Notes under the pieces: generated by a model
The model's input: the letters and a program-made list of their open reading frames with translations, nothing else
The model's database searches: none
What the model was told of the DNA's origin: nothing
Made by a program: the position numbers and the translations under genes
DNA from: Borreliella garinii
GTDB taxonomy: Bacteria; Spirochaetota; Spirochaetia; JABEVK01
DNA: 64,000 bases
Direction: 5' to 3'
NCBI GenBank assembly: GCA_020720765.1
Contig: DYOB01000001.1
Location: forward strand, 45,222 to 109,221
Part shown: piece by piece, positions 31,967 through 42,981 of the stretch
Position numbering within the stretch: the first letter of the stretch is position 1
Layout of the letters: every line of letters starts with the position of its first letter

Positions 31967-32945
31967 TTAAAACTCTCTGTTTGATTTGTTCAAGCCCCTC
32001 CTGGACTGTAAATCCAGCTGCATTGGTATGACCTCCACCGCCAAAGCTCTGCGCAAAGGTTGCCATGTCGAGGTTGCCTTTCGAACGCAAAGAAACCTTT
32101 ACAGTTCCGTCGGGTATTTCACGGAAAAAAACGGAAATCACCACAGAGGAGCATTTTAAAGGATAATTGATCATATTATCCGAATCTGAGCTTTCAGCCC
32201 CGGTTTTTTTAAGAATTTCTTTTGTTAGGGTTTGAAAAGCAATTTGATCCTTGTACAGGATTTCAAAGCCTGCTTGGACCTCGGCTAGCAGTCTGAGTTT
32301 TTGAGGGGTCATTTTTTCATAAAGTTGTGAATGTACTTCTTTGGGTTTTACACCCAGACTCAGAAGGGTTTCAGCCATTTGGAAACTCGCACCGGTTGTT
32401 TTTGGGTAGACAAAGGAGCCGGTATCGAAAACTAAACCAGTAAAAAGTCCCCATGCTACGTCGGGGGGAATTTCGAGTTTCCAGTGTTCAAACAGCCGAA
32501 AAAGAATCTCTGTCGTCGCGGCAGAAGTGGGGTCAATATAAGAATTGAGAATATCTTTCCTTGTGTTATGGTGATCGATGATAAAAATATCTTTAGCATA
32601 GGGAACAAGTTCGGTCTTACCCGCCCCCATATGGTCGAAATCGCTATTGTCCACCATAATGAGCGCAAAATCCTTAATATCCTTAGAAAAAGAATTCCCT
32701 AAGGTATGAAAAACATCCCTCTCCTTATAGTATGTAAATCGTGGATCCGGGGGATCGGGGTTGATGATCTTCGCTTTCTTCCCTTTTTCCTGGAGTGCAT
32801 AGAGTAGGGCATATTCACTTCCTGTGGCATCTGCGTCTGGTTCGTGATGGCTTGTGATGACAAAGTTTTCCCATCTCTGAATAAAAGAGTCGAATTCTTC
32901 AAATGTGTGCTCTTTGACAGTCTTTCTCACTCCACTATGATACAC
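31935..32945 (-). CDS. nrnA: DHH/DHHA1-family phosphoesterase (NrnA-like nanoRNase / pAp phosphatase)
   Basis: DHH motif IIDHHNT, metal-binding Asp motifs, DHHA1 motif GGGGH near C-terminus. Confidence 0.85.
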   Translation of the reverse strand: MYHSGVRKTVKEHTFEEFDSFIQRWENFVITSHHEPDADATGSEYALLYALQEKGKKAKIINPDPPDPRFTYYKERDVFHTLGNSFSKDIKDFALIMVDNSDFDHMGAGKTELVPYAKDIFIIDHHNTRKDILNSYIDPTSAATTEILFRLFEHWKLEIPPDVAWGLFTGLVFDTGSFVYPKTTGASFQMAETLLSLGVKPKEVHSQLYEKMTPQKLRLLAEVQAGFEILYKDQIAFQTLTKEILKKTGAESSDSDNMINYPLKCSSVVISVFFREIPDGTVKVSLRSKGNLDMATFAQSFGGGGHTNAAGFTVQEGLEQIKQRVLNDLTQLLDEE

Positions 32946-33129
32946 ATATTTTGGAGTTCTGTCAGGCAGTCAAATAAAAAAAGGGGGTTGCCGGGTAAAA
33001 ATATCAGATTCTTTTTTTGTTCAAACACTGACTTTCGTTTTTTTTTTGAATTAGGCCAAAAAAATAGAAAAAGGCTTTACATTCTACCTGTTCGTCGAGA
33101 TAATTCACAGTAGATAAGAGATAAGGAGT

Positions 33130-35163
33130 ATGCCCATGGGAGCAATTGATTTACCTACGAGTCCAAACGTGTTTCACCCCGAAAAACCGAGTGCGGTCGG
33201 TTCTAGAAACTCTTTGGCCCAGGAATACCGCGACCAACAGTCCGAAGTAGACGGACTATTAACTGAAGAAGTAGATAAGGTTATGAACCATCTTACTTCA
33301 AGGTTGCCCAGGGAGGTTCTTGAGCGCCTTGATGTTATGGGAGGTGTTAAAGAGAAGCTTTTTAACTACTTTAACCAGAACTATCAGAATATGTTCAACC
33401 GGTATTTGACAACTTCTGAAGATGAAATGGTGAAGAAAGTCAGAAACTTCGTTGATAAGGAAGAGGCTAAGACCCTTGCCCGCTACACTCCGAAACAACT
33501 TGCTGAGCTTTTGGATCAGGTCGGCGGCGCGGATAAGTTCAACACCGGAGAGATCGAAAAGTCCATCATCAACATGTATGGTCACCTTCAGGGTCACATC
33601 CAGCGCGGTGTGAACGACCTCGAAAACCTCACAAACGCACTTCTTCGTCAAAAAACAGATGTTGGAGCGTTTATCAGAGGAGAGATGGCCTACAGTATCG
33701 TGAAGTGTTCTTTCAAGGATAACGTTCACAAACCCAAAACAGTTTCCGACGTGAAACTTTCCATCAACATTCTTGATTCAGAACTCATTTCTCCGATTTT
33801 CCACTACCAGGTCACGGTTGAGTTCCTGATTAAGGAAATCTTGGCCAAGCACATTATGGACGAGATCGACAAGGAACTTGATAAGTTGAAGGACACCCTT
33901 CTCGACGAGGGTAAAGAAGAACTTTCCCCCGGATCTATCATGTTTGAAAGGTTTAAAAAGGTTGAAAAGTTCACCGACGACGATAAAGACAGTGCTAAAT
34001 CAGCCCGATACTCCGTTGTAAGCAAGACTTTGATCGACAAAATTGCAGGTCTTCGTGCTGAAATAGACCCCATTGAGTTTGACCAGCTCAATATCCGCGA
34101 AAACCTGAAGCGCATTGTGGATATCGAAAATATCCGTAACCGTGGTTTCAACACTGCGATTAACTCGGTGACTTCTATCCTCGATACCTCTAAAATGGGT
34201 TATCAGTATATCGAAAACCTCAAGAATGCCCGCGAACTTATCATTCGCGAGTATGAGGATTCCGATGCTGACCACCTTCCCGACGAGCGGTATCAGATCC
34301 GCTTGCGCTACTATGATAACGCACAGCTGATTGCAGAACAGAAAGCTTACAGCATCCAGGCTAAGGCCTTCGAAATCCAGGTGAAGCAGTTGTGGGACGT
34401 TCTCGAACAAGTCTACGCTGATTCCAAGTTTTTCAAACGCATCAGTGACTATGAAGATCTTTCGAAAATTTATCAGCAGAAGATCCAGAGAAGCGCCGCC
34501 CTTTCCGGCGAAAGCGCTGAAGATACTACTGGTTTCGATGACATCAAGAAACAGTGGGATGAAATCTCCTTTGTAAACTCTGAGGATACTCCAGTCGAGG
34601 AATACAACAGAACTTACTTGTGGGAAAAGAATAAAATTAAACGCCGTATTATCCTGATGAAAGAAAAGCTTCAGCACATGTACGGCTTCCGTTACCCTAT
34701 TGAGCGCCGTGTACTCGAAGAAAGAATGGTCTTCCTTGAAAAAGAGTTTGCCAAGTTTGAGTACATGATCAACCCGTACCATATCCAGCCCGGTCTTTTG
34801 CTTGATGTGGATATTACTTCCATCAAACGCAAGAAAGCGACTTTGGACGGTATGGCAAACGTGTTGAACGAATTCCTTCATGGCGTTTCTAAGGGTTTCC
34901 AGGACGCAGCATTCGCCAGCTTCAGTAGGCGCCGTTCCACGGTTAGGGAAGACATTGCCCAGAGCTTTGCTTCTCAACCTGCGGAAGAAGGTGCTGCCGG
35001 TGTTGTTCCTGATTATCTCGAAGAAATTAATAATCCTCCACCAAAATCTTCGGTGGTTGCTCCTGCCTCCAAATCGGGTTCAGCCCGAGGTAAGCAGGGC
35101 GGTCCCAAGGCCACTGGGACTTCCCGTGGCGGACGCAAATCTGGCGGATTGAGCGAGATCTAA
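33130..35163 (+). CDS. Long alpha-helical/coiled-coil protein with Gly/Ser/basic C-terminal tail; candidate cytoplasmic filament protein CfpA-like
   Basis: 677 aa, highly charged helical sequence lacking enzymatic motifs; length and position (hypothetical + ppdK downstream) match my recollection of T. pallidum TP0748-TP0746; not verifiable here. Confidence 0.5.
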   Translation: MPMGAIDLPTSPNVFHPEKPSAVGSRNSLAQEYRDQQSEVDGLLTEEVDKVMNHLTSRLPREVLERLDVMGGVKEKLFNYFNQNYQNMFNRYLTTSEDEMVKKVRNFVDKEEAKTLARYTPKQLAELLDQVGGADKFNTGEIEKSIINMYGHLQGHIQRGVNDLENLTNALLRQKTDVGAFIRGEMAYSIVKCSFKDNVHKPKTVSDVKLSINILDSELISPIFHYQVTVEFLIKEILAKHIMDEIDKELDKLKDTLLDEGKEELSPGSIMFERFKKVEKFTDDDKDSAKSARYSVVSKTLIDKIAGLRAEIDPIEFDQLNIRENLKRIVDIENIRNRGFNTAINSVTSILDTSKMGYQYIENLKNARELIIREYEDSDADHLPDERYQIRLRYYDNAQLIAEQKAYSIQAKAFEIQVKQLWDVLEQVYADSKFFKRISDYEDLSKIYQQKIQRSAALSGESAEDTTGFDDIKKQWDEISFVNSEDTPVEEYNRTYLWEKNKIKRRIILMKEKLQHMYGFRYPIERRVLEERMVFLEKEFAKFEYMINPYHIQPGLLLDVDITSIKRKKATLDGMANVLNEFLHGVSKGFQDAAFASFSRRRSTVREDIAQSFASQPAEEGAAGVVPDYLEEINNPPPKSSVVAPASKSGSARGKQGGPKATGTSRGGRKSGGLSEI

Positions 35164-35169
35164 AATTAC

Positions 35170-35204
35170 ATTTTAAGGGTCCCTTTTTAAGGGGGCCCTT
35201 TTTT
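35170..35204 (+). terminator. Probable intrinsic terminator after cfpA-like gene (tandem AAGGGnCCCTTTTT units)
   Basis: AAGGGTCCCTTTTTAAGGGGGCCCTTTTTT directly after stop codon; short GC stems followed by T runs. Confidence 0.4.
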
Positions 35205-35222
35205 ATTTCCTAGGGGGATGCT

Positions 35223-36341
35223 ATGGGTAACTTGGAAGAATTCGAAGGGTTTTCCACACGGGAAAGTTTTAATAAATCCTTGCGGCATTTTAATCTAGTC
35301 ATGGAAGTGATCAAAGAATTTGAAAGCGGCTTTAATCTTGCCGATGTGATAAACGCTTTTCTTTCCAATGGTAAAATGACTGGAAGTCAGATTGCACCGG
35401 TTTTAAGTGCATTGCTTGTAGACAAATACAAGTACTACTTTTCATCTTTTAACATGTCATTAACAGTCACTGAACTTTCACCGATCGCTGATACTGTAGC
35501 CAAATGGACAGCTGCAGATCTTGTGGTGAGTTATTACCACCCTGAAACCGGACTTCTTGTCCTCAACCCCAAGAATGCCGCTCATTGGAAGCAATTGGAC
35601 AGTCTAAAGAAATACGAGATGGTTACCGTTTATTCGGGTGGGATGAAGGATAATATCAAACTTAAAGAGAAGAAAGAGTTTTCGCCATTATTAAAAACAG
35701 TTGCGGATAAACTTTCAGATATTCTTCAAGGAAATAAGATCAAGGCTCCTCCGGTTTTTTTAACGGGGAGTTTTAAAATTAAAAAGTTTTCAACAGGTGC
35801 AGTTCAGGAGTCTCCGAAACAAGTTGCCGGAAAAAGGACGTCATCTGTTAAGAAAAGCGGTGTGTCTCAGTCCCCCTCGGTTTCTAGCGGTGTACAGCTT
35901 GTGGTAAGTTCTGCTGGAACCATGCGGACGGCCTCTGTTGCTCCACAAACTGCCGGTCAACAAACTGGTATTGGGGCGCCACCACCCGTAGCACGCGGTG
36001 GAAGATTAAACAAAATTGGTCCTTTTGGTGTTGTTGTTACAAACGAGCTCTTCCATAATGGAAATGTAGAGGCGTGGAAGAGAATAATTTTCAGCTACTC
36101 CAGCAAATATACAACTTATCAAGTACAAGTTTATTACGATGGGGAAGTTATTCATGACCTGAATAGCTTGTTCAAATGGGGTAAGGTTAAACACGGTACA
36201 GCCATCCTTGTAGCCATCAGCGGTCCGGACCAACAGATACAAGACGTTTCAAAATTGAGGAAGTATTTGTCGGAAGGTGCCAGCCCGAGGTTTGAGCAAT
36301 TTTTACATGGCATTCCGGGTAAAGACCTGGGATTGTTCTAG
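35223..36341 (+). CDS. Hypothetical protein (372 aa) with central Ser/Gly/Gln-rich linker
   Basis: Intact ORF with GGGGGA-like RBS; no recognisable motifs. Confidence 0.5.
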   Translation: MGNLEEFEGFSTRESFNKSLRHFNLVMEVIKEFESGFNLADVINAFLSNGKMTGSQIAPVLSALLVDKYKYYFSSFNMSLTVTELSPIADTVAKWTAADLVVSYYHPETGLLVLNPKNAAHWKQLDSLKKYEMVTVYSGGMKDNIKLKEKKEFSPLLKTVADKLSDILQGNKIKAPPVFLTGSFKIKKFSTGAVQESPKQVAGKRTSSVKKSGVSQSPSVSSGVQLVVSSAGTMRTASVAPQTAGQQTGIGAPPPVARGGRLNKIGPFGVVVTNELFHNGNVEAWKRIIFSYSSKYTTYQVQVYYDGEVIHDLNSLFKWGKVKHGTAILVAISGPDQQIQDVSKLRKYLSEGASPRFEQFLHGIPGKDLGLF

Positions 36342-36350
36342 GGGGAACTC

Positions 36351-39032
36351 ATGAAAGATCATATTATATTTTTTGAAGCAGGAAAGAACGCTAAATCAGC
36401 TGACTTGCTTCAGGATTCAGTTGGTGTTCGTGGAAAACAAATATTGGAACTTGCTGAATTGGGTTTACCCATCCCACCAGGCTTTATTCTTTCTAAAGAA
36501 GTGGCTTCCACGTTTAAAGACAATGACTTACAGGTGGAAATTCAGAAGCAATTAAAAATAGTTAATACGAAAATGGGTAAGAGTTATGGGGATATAAAAG
36601 TTCCTCTACTTTTAAAGCTTGTGATCAGCCCCCCGCTTCAAATAAGTTCCTATCCCTCCATCCACAACGTTGGTTTAACCCAGAAAACTCTGATGGGTTT
36701 TGCTACCAACACCTCAAATATCTTTGCCATAGGCGAGTTTCTTTTTCTGATGAAAGGTGTTCTTGATTTGGAACTCAAGATTCTCAGTGTTAAGGATGAT
36801 AAAGTACTGAGGACAAAAATTGAAAAGGCGGTAAAAGAATACGCTGATTTGAGGAAAAAACCTCCTGTTGCAGATAAATTAGAGTCTTTAGAAAAATCTT
36901 TTTCACTTTTATCAGCACCTGGTGCCGCGCTTTTTCCTAAAGATTTCTTTATTGATCCCATGGTTCAATTGAACCACCTACTTATGAGAATTCGTGATCT
37001 TCTGGCCCTAGAAGAGATCACCGAGGGCTCCGGAGAGAATGACACCGCCATTATTGTTCAACCGATGGTATACGGAAACTTTGGAACAAACTCTTCCAGT
37101 GGTAACTTCTTCACACGTGATGTTATAACCGGGGAAGCAAAGATTCAAGGGAATTTTCACAAAGGCGTGTTCAGCGGAGAAGGCGATGGAATCGATATTG
37201 AAAAACTGGATAAGGCCAATTATTCAGCGCTGACAACCGTCGCACAAAAGCTCGAGTCGCACCTTAAAGAAATACGGCATATCAGGTTTACCATTGAGAA
37301 TGGAAAGCTTTACATTATTGAACAGAAAAATGTAGCGGATAAAAGCACGCGTGCAGATATTTCCATTCTCTTAGACCTCCTTGGCAAGAAAAAGGTTACC
37401 GAAGAGTTTGTTGTTACTTCGATAAAAACAAGCCAGCTCGACGAACTTCTTCACCCTATTATTAAGCCTATTTCTGTTAAAACTTTTCCTGCTTATAAGG
37501 GGGGAATCAGCGGCGCTCCCGGAGCAGCCATCGGTAGGGTCTATTTTAGTGCGGATGAACTTATTGCCGCTCAAAAAAATGCACAAAAAAATGGTGAAGA
37601 CCACAGCATGATCCTTGTTATGACTGCCACCTACGCCAACGATGTAAAAGGTGTTGAAGCCGCTAAAGGTGTTCTTTCTTCCGAAGGCGGGTATTCGGCG
37701 CACGCAAGCGTAGTCGCCCGCCAGTATGGTAAGGTTTCCCTTGTAAGACCGGAGATCAAGATCCTTTATGATCAGAAAAAGGTTGTCATAGGAAGCCATA
37801 CCATCAAGGAAGGCGATTATATAACCCTAAATGTTCCGCACTACGGCGATCCTACTATTTATATCGGAAAAGCCGAGCTGATGGAAAACGAGCCGGAATC
37901 ATCCGGACTCTTAAGTTTTTTAAAGATCGTTAAGAGCTTTGTTAAAGATTTCCATGTAAGAAGCAATGCAGATTCAGTGGCTTCAGCCGAGCTGTCCCTG
38001 AAATTCGGTGCTGAAGGTATAGGTCTCTGCCGTACCGAACACATGTTCTTTGATCCTGCCAGAATCAACGTTTTCCGGGAGATGATTTTCGCTGACGACA
38101 GGGAAGAAAGGGTTAAAGTCCTTAAGAAGCTCGGAGTAATGCAGAAAAAAGATTTCACAGGAATTCTTAAGACTATGGCTGGAAAAGAAGTTACTATTCG
38201 ACTTCTTGACGCCCCCTTCCATGAGTTTCTTCCACATAATAAAGAAGAAGCTGGTGAATACCTTGAATACAGCAAGGGAAAAACCGGTACTGCTGCGAGC
38301 ACCTTGAAAGACATCCTTACGAGGACCGAAGACCTTTTCGAGTTCAACCCCATGCTTGGACACCGCGGTTCAAGAATTGCAGTATCCTACCCTGAAATTT
38401 ACGAAATGCAGGTGACGGCGATTCTCGAAGCCGCTTACGAACTGAAAAAGCAGGGATTGGACGTAAGACCGGAGATTATGCTTCCTGTCATTATGAACGA
38501 AAACGAACTTAAGCTCTTGATTTTCGGAAAGAAAATCGAAGGTGCTTCGTATAAGGGTTTGATCGACGTAGCTGAAGAAGTTGCAGCCCGGTATAAGGAT
38601 CAAAAACCCATCCATTTTAAAGTGGGGACTATGGTTGAGATCCCGGCTGCGGCGGTTTCTGCTGGAAAACTTGCGAAGTACGCTGAGTTCTTTTCCTTCG
38701 GAACCAATGATTTAACCCAAACGACCCTTGGCCTATCGAGGGATGACTTTAACAGTTTTATGCCTGATTATACCCAATTGGATTTACTCAACGGCAACCC
38801 ATTCAAATTTCTTGATGAAGCAGTGAAAGAGATGGTAGCAATGGCTGTTAGGCGAGGAAAGCTGACTAGACCTGATATTATTTCAGGTCTTTGTGGTGAA
38901 CACGGAGCAGTACCGGAAAATATCGAGTTTTGTATGAAAGTAGGTTTGGATTACGTTTCGTGTTCTCCCTACCAAATCCCTAACGCAATGCTGGCTGTGG
39001 CCCAGCTGAATATCAAAAACGGTAAGGTATAA
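36351..39032 (+). CDS. ppdK: Pyruvate, phosphate dikinase
   Basis: N-terminal ATP-grasp region (GLPIPPGF), phospho-His domain (GGYSAHASVVARQYGK), PEP-utilising C-domain (GLCRTEHMFF...); 893 aa. Confidence 0.9.
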   Translation: MKDHIIFFEAGKNAKSADLLQDSVGVRGKQILELAELGLPIPPGFILSKEVASTFKDNDLQVEIQKQLKIVNTKMGKSYGDIKVPLLLKLVISPPLQISSYPSIHNVGLTQKTLMGFATNTSNIFAIGEFLFLMKGVLDLELKILSVKDDKVLRTKIEKAVKEYADLRKKPPVADKLESLEKSFSLLSAPGAALFPKDFFIDPMVQLNHLLMRIRDLLALEEITEGSGENDTAIIVQPMVYGNFGTNSSSGNFFTRDVITGEAKIQGNFHKGVFSGEGDGIDIEKLDKANYSALTTVAQKLESHLKEIRHIRFTIENGKLYIIEQKNVADKSTRADISILLDLLGKKKVTEEFVVTSIKTSQLDELLHPIIKPISVKTFPAYKGGISGAPGAAIGRVYFSADELIAAQKNAQKNGEDHSMILVMTATYANDVKGVEAAKGVLSSEGGYSAHASVVARQYGKVSLVRPEIKILYDQKKVVIGSHTIKEGDYITLNVPHYGDPTIYIGKAELMENEPESSGLLSFLKIVKSFVKDFHVRSNADSVASAELSLKFGAEGIGLCRTEHMFFDPARINVFREMIFADDREERVKVLKKLGVMQKKDFTGILKTMAGKEVTIRLLDAPFHEFLPHNKEEAGEYLEYSKGKTGTAASTLKDILTRTEDLFEFNPMLGHRGSRIAVSYPEIYEMQVTAILEAAYELKKQGLDVRPEIMLPVIMNENELKLLIFGKKIEGASYKGLIDVAEEVAARYKDQKPIHFKVGTMVEIPAAAVSAGKLAKYAEFFSFGTNDLTQTTLGLSRDDFNSFMPDYTQLDLLNGNPFKFLDEAVKEMVAMAVRRGKLTRPDIISGLCGEHGAVPENIEFCMKVGLDYVSCSPYQIPNAMLAVAQLNIKNGKV

Positions 39033-39034
39033 AA

Positions 39035-39061
39035 AACTGGCCCTAGCGGCCAGTTTTTTTT
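39035..39061. terminator. Bidirectional rho-independent terminator between convergent ppdK and minus-strand gene
   Basis: AACTGGCC-ctagc-GGCCAGTT perfect 8-bp stem flanked by AAAAAA on the left and TTTTTTTT on the right. Confidence 0.8.
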
Positions 39062-39072
39062 GTTTAAAGAAA

Positions 39073-39621
39073 CTAAAAGGTAAAGGAAAGTTTGTGAAGG
39101 TTTTCGGTGATAGTTTTAGCTGCTGCTTTAGCGTTAATCTGTGGAACCCCAGCTTCACGGTTTAAAGTTTTCTGAAAAAAAGTATCCAGACTCTCATAGA
39201 CATCGGGCAAATTGTAGAACACAAAAGCAAAATTCACCCCCACCGGTTTGAGAACTGTAAAACTAGAATAGGTGGAAACGGGATCTTTACTGACGTAGAG
39301 TTTTGCTTCATTCTTGCAGGTAAAGAGAATCATTTCATTGTATCGGTGGGGGACAGATTCACCTGCGGATCTGTGAATAGGTTCGACGTGTTTGTTAGCG
39401 TAGGATGACGGTTCGACAAGGATGTGAAGTTTTTTTCCATCGCTCTGAAAAGTTAGCCCTTCAGTGGAGTTGAAAATATTTTTAACCCCGTTATAACTGA
39501 TGATTTCGTACCGGGAATAGCTCGAGTTATCCGAAAAGAAGCTTGTAACAATGTAACCACCCTCACGGGGGAGTTGGTTTGACTGAAAGGCTTGAAACAA
39601 GTCTTGTGCTTTTGTCGACAT
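39073..39621 (-). CDS. Hypothetical protein (182 aa), start refined to MSTKAQ with GGAGG RBS
   Basis: ORF with strong SD 6 nt upstream of internal ATG; no motif recognised. Confidence 0.5.
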   Translation of the reverse strand: MSTKAQDLFQAFQSNQLPREGGYIVTSFFSDNSSYSRYEIISYNGVKNIFNSTEGLTFQSDGKKLHILVEPSSYANKHVEPIHRSAGESVPHRYNEMILFTCKNEAKLYVSKDPVSTYSSFTVLKPVGVNFAFVFYNLPDVYESLDTFFQKTLNREAGVPQINAKAAAKTITENLHKLSFTF

Positions 39622-39668
39622 AGTGACCTCCATCTAGCAGTTTAAAGTATTTTTTCATTTATAGAAAG

Positions 39669-41495
39669 TCATTTCTTAGTATTTTTAGCTGAAATAATTT
39701 TTTCAGATTCCGAGATAGCTCTGAGCGTTTGGGGATGACCGGGAAAAAACTTTAAAACATAACGGAAAAGTTGGAGGGCTTGGGTGTGATCACCCGATTT
39801 TTGATGTGCCTTTCCAAAAGAATATCTAAGGAGAGGATCGGCAATAAGAGAAAAAACACGGGTTTGGAATCGAGATGCTCTGTCGTGGGCTTTAATTTTT
39901 AATAAACAAAATAACACTTGCACCAAGTAAAACGTATTTCTATTGTCACGTTGAAGTAAGGATGAGTAGATTTCTAAAGCTTCCTGGTAATGGCGTACGG
40001 CTTTTTCGATGTGGGCCATAAGCTCCCAGCCACGTCGTGACCCAGGTACTAAACTAAGATAATAGTTAAGGTGGACAAGAGCTTTTTTCCAGTTGTTTTT
40101 GTGAGCATATCGCCCGGAGAGCCATAATGCCAATTGCACCTGTTTTTCCTTTCTTTCTTCTATGATCTTTTCCCAGTGGTCTAATTCTTCCTCGAGAGGG
40201 AAAATCGGAAGGAGTAGTTCTATTGCCTCATCGTCTTGTGGAAGGAGTTTGATAGTCCTCCATAGCCATGGCCAAGCCAAATCCTGCCGCTTTGCTTTAA
40301 GGTATTCTTTTCCTAGGGCTTTCATCAGTCTAGGATCGGGTCCGCGTACATGAACTTGGTTTTGAAGTAAGGAAATATTTTGTTCGGTATTTTCGGAAGT
40401 TTGGCTTTCAATAAGTGCTTTAAAATATTCACCGAAAGAATCCTGGGGGTGGAGACGCTGAAAACGCAGGACCTCCTGACGGCATTCTACCCATTGTTGT
40501 GATTCCCAAAGGACTTGAATGAGAGAGTAAAAAATTTCAGGAGCACTGATTTTTTCCTTGGCTCTTCTAAGGTGGTTGGCGGCTTTTTGGCTCTGACCCA
40601 GATTTCTATAGGACTCTCCTATGAGGAAATGCATATGGGGGTTGCCGGTTTTTTTTAGTTCCACGAGAGCGTAGTGAATGGCTGCGTGGTATTGTTTTTC
40701 CTGAAAGGCATTCCAGGCTAGCATCGTGGGAATTTCGCTAAAACTAGGTATGGAAAAATTCGGGAAAGAGACCTTTAGATTTTCCGAAATTTGGTTTCGC
40801 AAACCCGAGTCTTTCAAATGCAGGGAACATTCCATTAGGTGGACAAGGAGGCTTGGATCCTCGGGATTTTCACCGCTCAGTTCAGTATATACTTCTGTTG
40901 CTGAACTCCATTTGTTTAAGGCGCGGAAGGAACCCGCTAGGTATAATTTAATCAAGGGATTTTGATAGTTATTACTTAATAGGAAAACCATAACATCGCG
41001 GGACATTTCAAAATTCTCACCCCTGAAACAACTGATCCCATAGACCAAAAGGCTGTTTAAATAACCCTGGTAAATGGACTTGTTCTGCGGGTGTTGCTCG
41101 ACAGCAAGCCTTAGGTATTCCTGTGCTGGTTCGGGACGCCTGGATTTGAGGTACGCATAGCCTAGTAGTACCGAGAGGAATCTATGCCTCGACCCGAGTT
41201 TTTTTGCTTGTTCAAGACTTTTTATACCCCGAGGATAATTTCCTAAACTGAGGAAAGATCGACCAAGATGAAAGTACCCCTCTGGATCTTCCGGAAATTT
41301 CAGTAAATAGGTTTCTAAACTGAATAGGGCTTTCGAATAGAGTTTTAATCCATGGTAACACCTTCCTATCCAGAGCCATGCTTCCGGGTGCCCTTCCATG
41401 GACCACTGGGAGAAGGAAAAAAGGGCAGATTTGTATTGTCTGTTCTTACCTTCTTTGAGTCCTTTTTCAAACCAGTTCTCGACTTTCTCAGCCAT
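39669..41495 (-). CDS. Tetratricopeptide-repeat protein (608 aa)
   Basis: Numerous TPR-like 34-mers (e.g. AWLWIGRCYHGLKLYSKALFSLETYLLKFPEDPE). Confidence 0.6.
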   Translation of the reverse strand: MAEKVENWFEKGLKEGKNRQYKSALFSFSQWSMEGHPEAWLWIGRCYHGLKLYSKALFSLETYLLKFPEDPEGYFHLGRSFLSLGNYPRGIKSLEQAKKLGSRHRFLSVLLGYAYLKSRRPEPAQEYLRLAVEQHPQNKSIYQGYLNSLLVYGISCFRGENFEMSRDVMVFLLSNNYQNPLIKLYLAGSFRALNKWSSATEVYTELSGENPEDPSLLVHLMECSLHLKDSGLRNQISENLKVSFPNFSIPSFSEIPTMLAWNAFQEKQYHAAIHYALVELKKTGNPHMHFLIGESYRNLGQSQKAANHLRRAKEKISAPEIFYSLIQVLWESQQWVECRQEVLRFQRLHPQDSFGEYFKALIESQTSENTEQNISLLQNQVHVRGPDPRLMKALGKEYLKAKRQDLAWPWLWRTIKLLPQDDEAIELLLPIFPLEEELDHWEKIIEERKEKQVQLALWLSGRYAHKNNWKKALVHLNYYLSLVPGSRRGWELMAHIEKAVRHYQEALEIYSSLLQRDNRNTFYLVQVLFCLLKIKAHDRASRFQTRVFSLIADPLLRYSFGKAHQKSGDHTQALQLFRYVLKFFPGHPQTLRAISESEKIISAKNTKK

Positions 41496-41550
41496 AATCT
41501 AATTTAACATATCCCTTTGACAAAAAGGAGATGAATGTCTAGGATAGCAC

Positions 41551-42981
41551 ATGGAAACACGTCAAATTTATAAAAATATTTCCCCGCTTGACCATAGGTA
41601 TTCCCAATCAAGCCCGGAACTCTTTGAAGCGTTGTCTAAACGCCTTTCGGAAGAGGCTTCCATTTATTACTGTGCTTGCTGCGAATCAAGTTTGCTCAAG
41701 GTCCACCTAAGACATTTCTTTTCTCAAGAAGACCAAAATCGTTTTTTTCCAATACTGGAATCTCTAGCCTCCCAGGTGTCTCCAGCAGAGGTCTATGAAG
41801 AAGAAGCAAAAACCCGTCATAATATTCGGGCGCTTGTCAACGTTATCAAACGAAAAGTCCCCCCTGAACTCTCGGCTTACGTCCATTTGGGCGCGACAAG
41901 CGTAGATATTCTGGATACAGCAACCGCCTTAAAAATCAGAGATACGGTAAAGGATGTCTTGGTTCCTTTACTGAAAAAAAATCTTATGGTTCTTGCCCAG
42001 CTTTCCTTGAAGAACTCTGGAACCCCGCAGACAGGCAGGACTCATGGGCAATGGGCGGTACCCCTGACTTTTGGATACGCTGTCGCCGAGTATGTTTCAA
42101 GACTAGGGAAATCTTTGCGTGAAATCTTAAGACTTTCAGATGACCTACGCGGGAAATGGTCCGGTGCTGTCGGAGCATACAACGCCCTCTCTATGATGAG
42201 TTCCGACCCGAGGTCTTTGGAAAAAGAATACTTGGATGAACTTGGATTAAAACCCAGCGATCATTCTACACAACTCGTTGAACCCGAATATGTTCTGCGC
42301 CTGCTCTTAGAGATCAACGTGGCTTTCGGGATTCTTGCCAACCTGGCTGACGACCTGAGGCACCTTCAAAGGTCCGAGATCCAAGAGGTGCGTGAATTTT
42401 TCGCTGAGGACCAGGTAGGTTCTTCCACCATGCCGCAAAAGCGCAACCCCTGGAACTGCGAACATATCAAAAGCCTATGGAAGGAGTTCAGCCCTCGTGT
42501 TTTGACTTTCTTTATGGATCAGATCAGCGAGCATCAGAGGGATTTGACCAACTCTGCGAGCGGACGTTTTATAGCAGAATTTCTCACAGGCTTTGCTTTG
42601 GCATCCTCGAGAATGCTCAGTGTCCTGGAGGGCCTTTTCGTCGACGCTGAGAGAATGATGAAAACACTTCTTCAGTCCGGTGATTCTGTTCTGGCGGAGG
42701 CTGTATATATTCTTCTGGCCTTAGAGGCGGATGCCCATGCCCACGAGACAGTCAGGCTTGTGACCCTAGAAATGGAGAAGACGAAAAAATCCCTTGTGCA
42801 GGTTCTTCAGGAACACCCGGATGCATGGGAGAGACTGAACAATGGACTCAAGCGTGTCGGACGCGGCGACGCACAAGAATTTTTCTCCAGTCCTGAAAAG
42901 TATTTAGGGTTGGCAAAAGAAAGGGCAATAGAGATTTCCAACGAGTGGATGATATGGGTAGAATCCCAAGGGGGGCAATGA
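41551..42981 (+). CDS. purB: Adenylosuccinate lyase
   Basis: Fumarate-lyase family signature GSSTMPQKRNP and PurB-type N-terminal region. Confidence 0.85.
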   Translation: METRQIYKNISPLDHRYSQSSPELFEALSKRLSEEASIYYCACCESSLLKVHLRHFFSQEDQNRFFPILESLASQVSPAEVYEEEAKTRHNIRALVNVIKRKVPPELSAYVHLGATSVDILDTATALKIRDTVKDVLVPLLKKNLMVLAQLSLKNSGTPQTGRTHGQWAVPLTFGYAVAEYVSRLGKSLREILRLSDDLRGKWSGAVGAYNALSMMSSDPRSLEKEYLDELGLKPSDHSTQLVEPEYVLRLLLEINVAFGILANLADDLRHLQRSEIQEVREFFAEDQVGSSTMPQKRNPWNCEHIKSLWKEFSPRVLTFFMDQISEHQRDLTNSASGRFIAEFLTGFALASSRMLSVLEGLFVDAERMMKTLLQSGDSVLAEAVYILLALEADAHAHETVRLVTLEMEKTKKSLVQVLQEHPDAWERLNNGLKRVGRGDAQEFFSSPEKYLGLAKERAIEISNEWMIWVESQGGQ

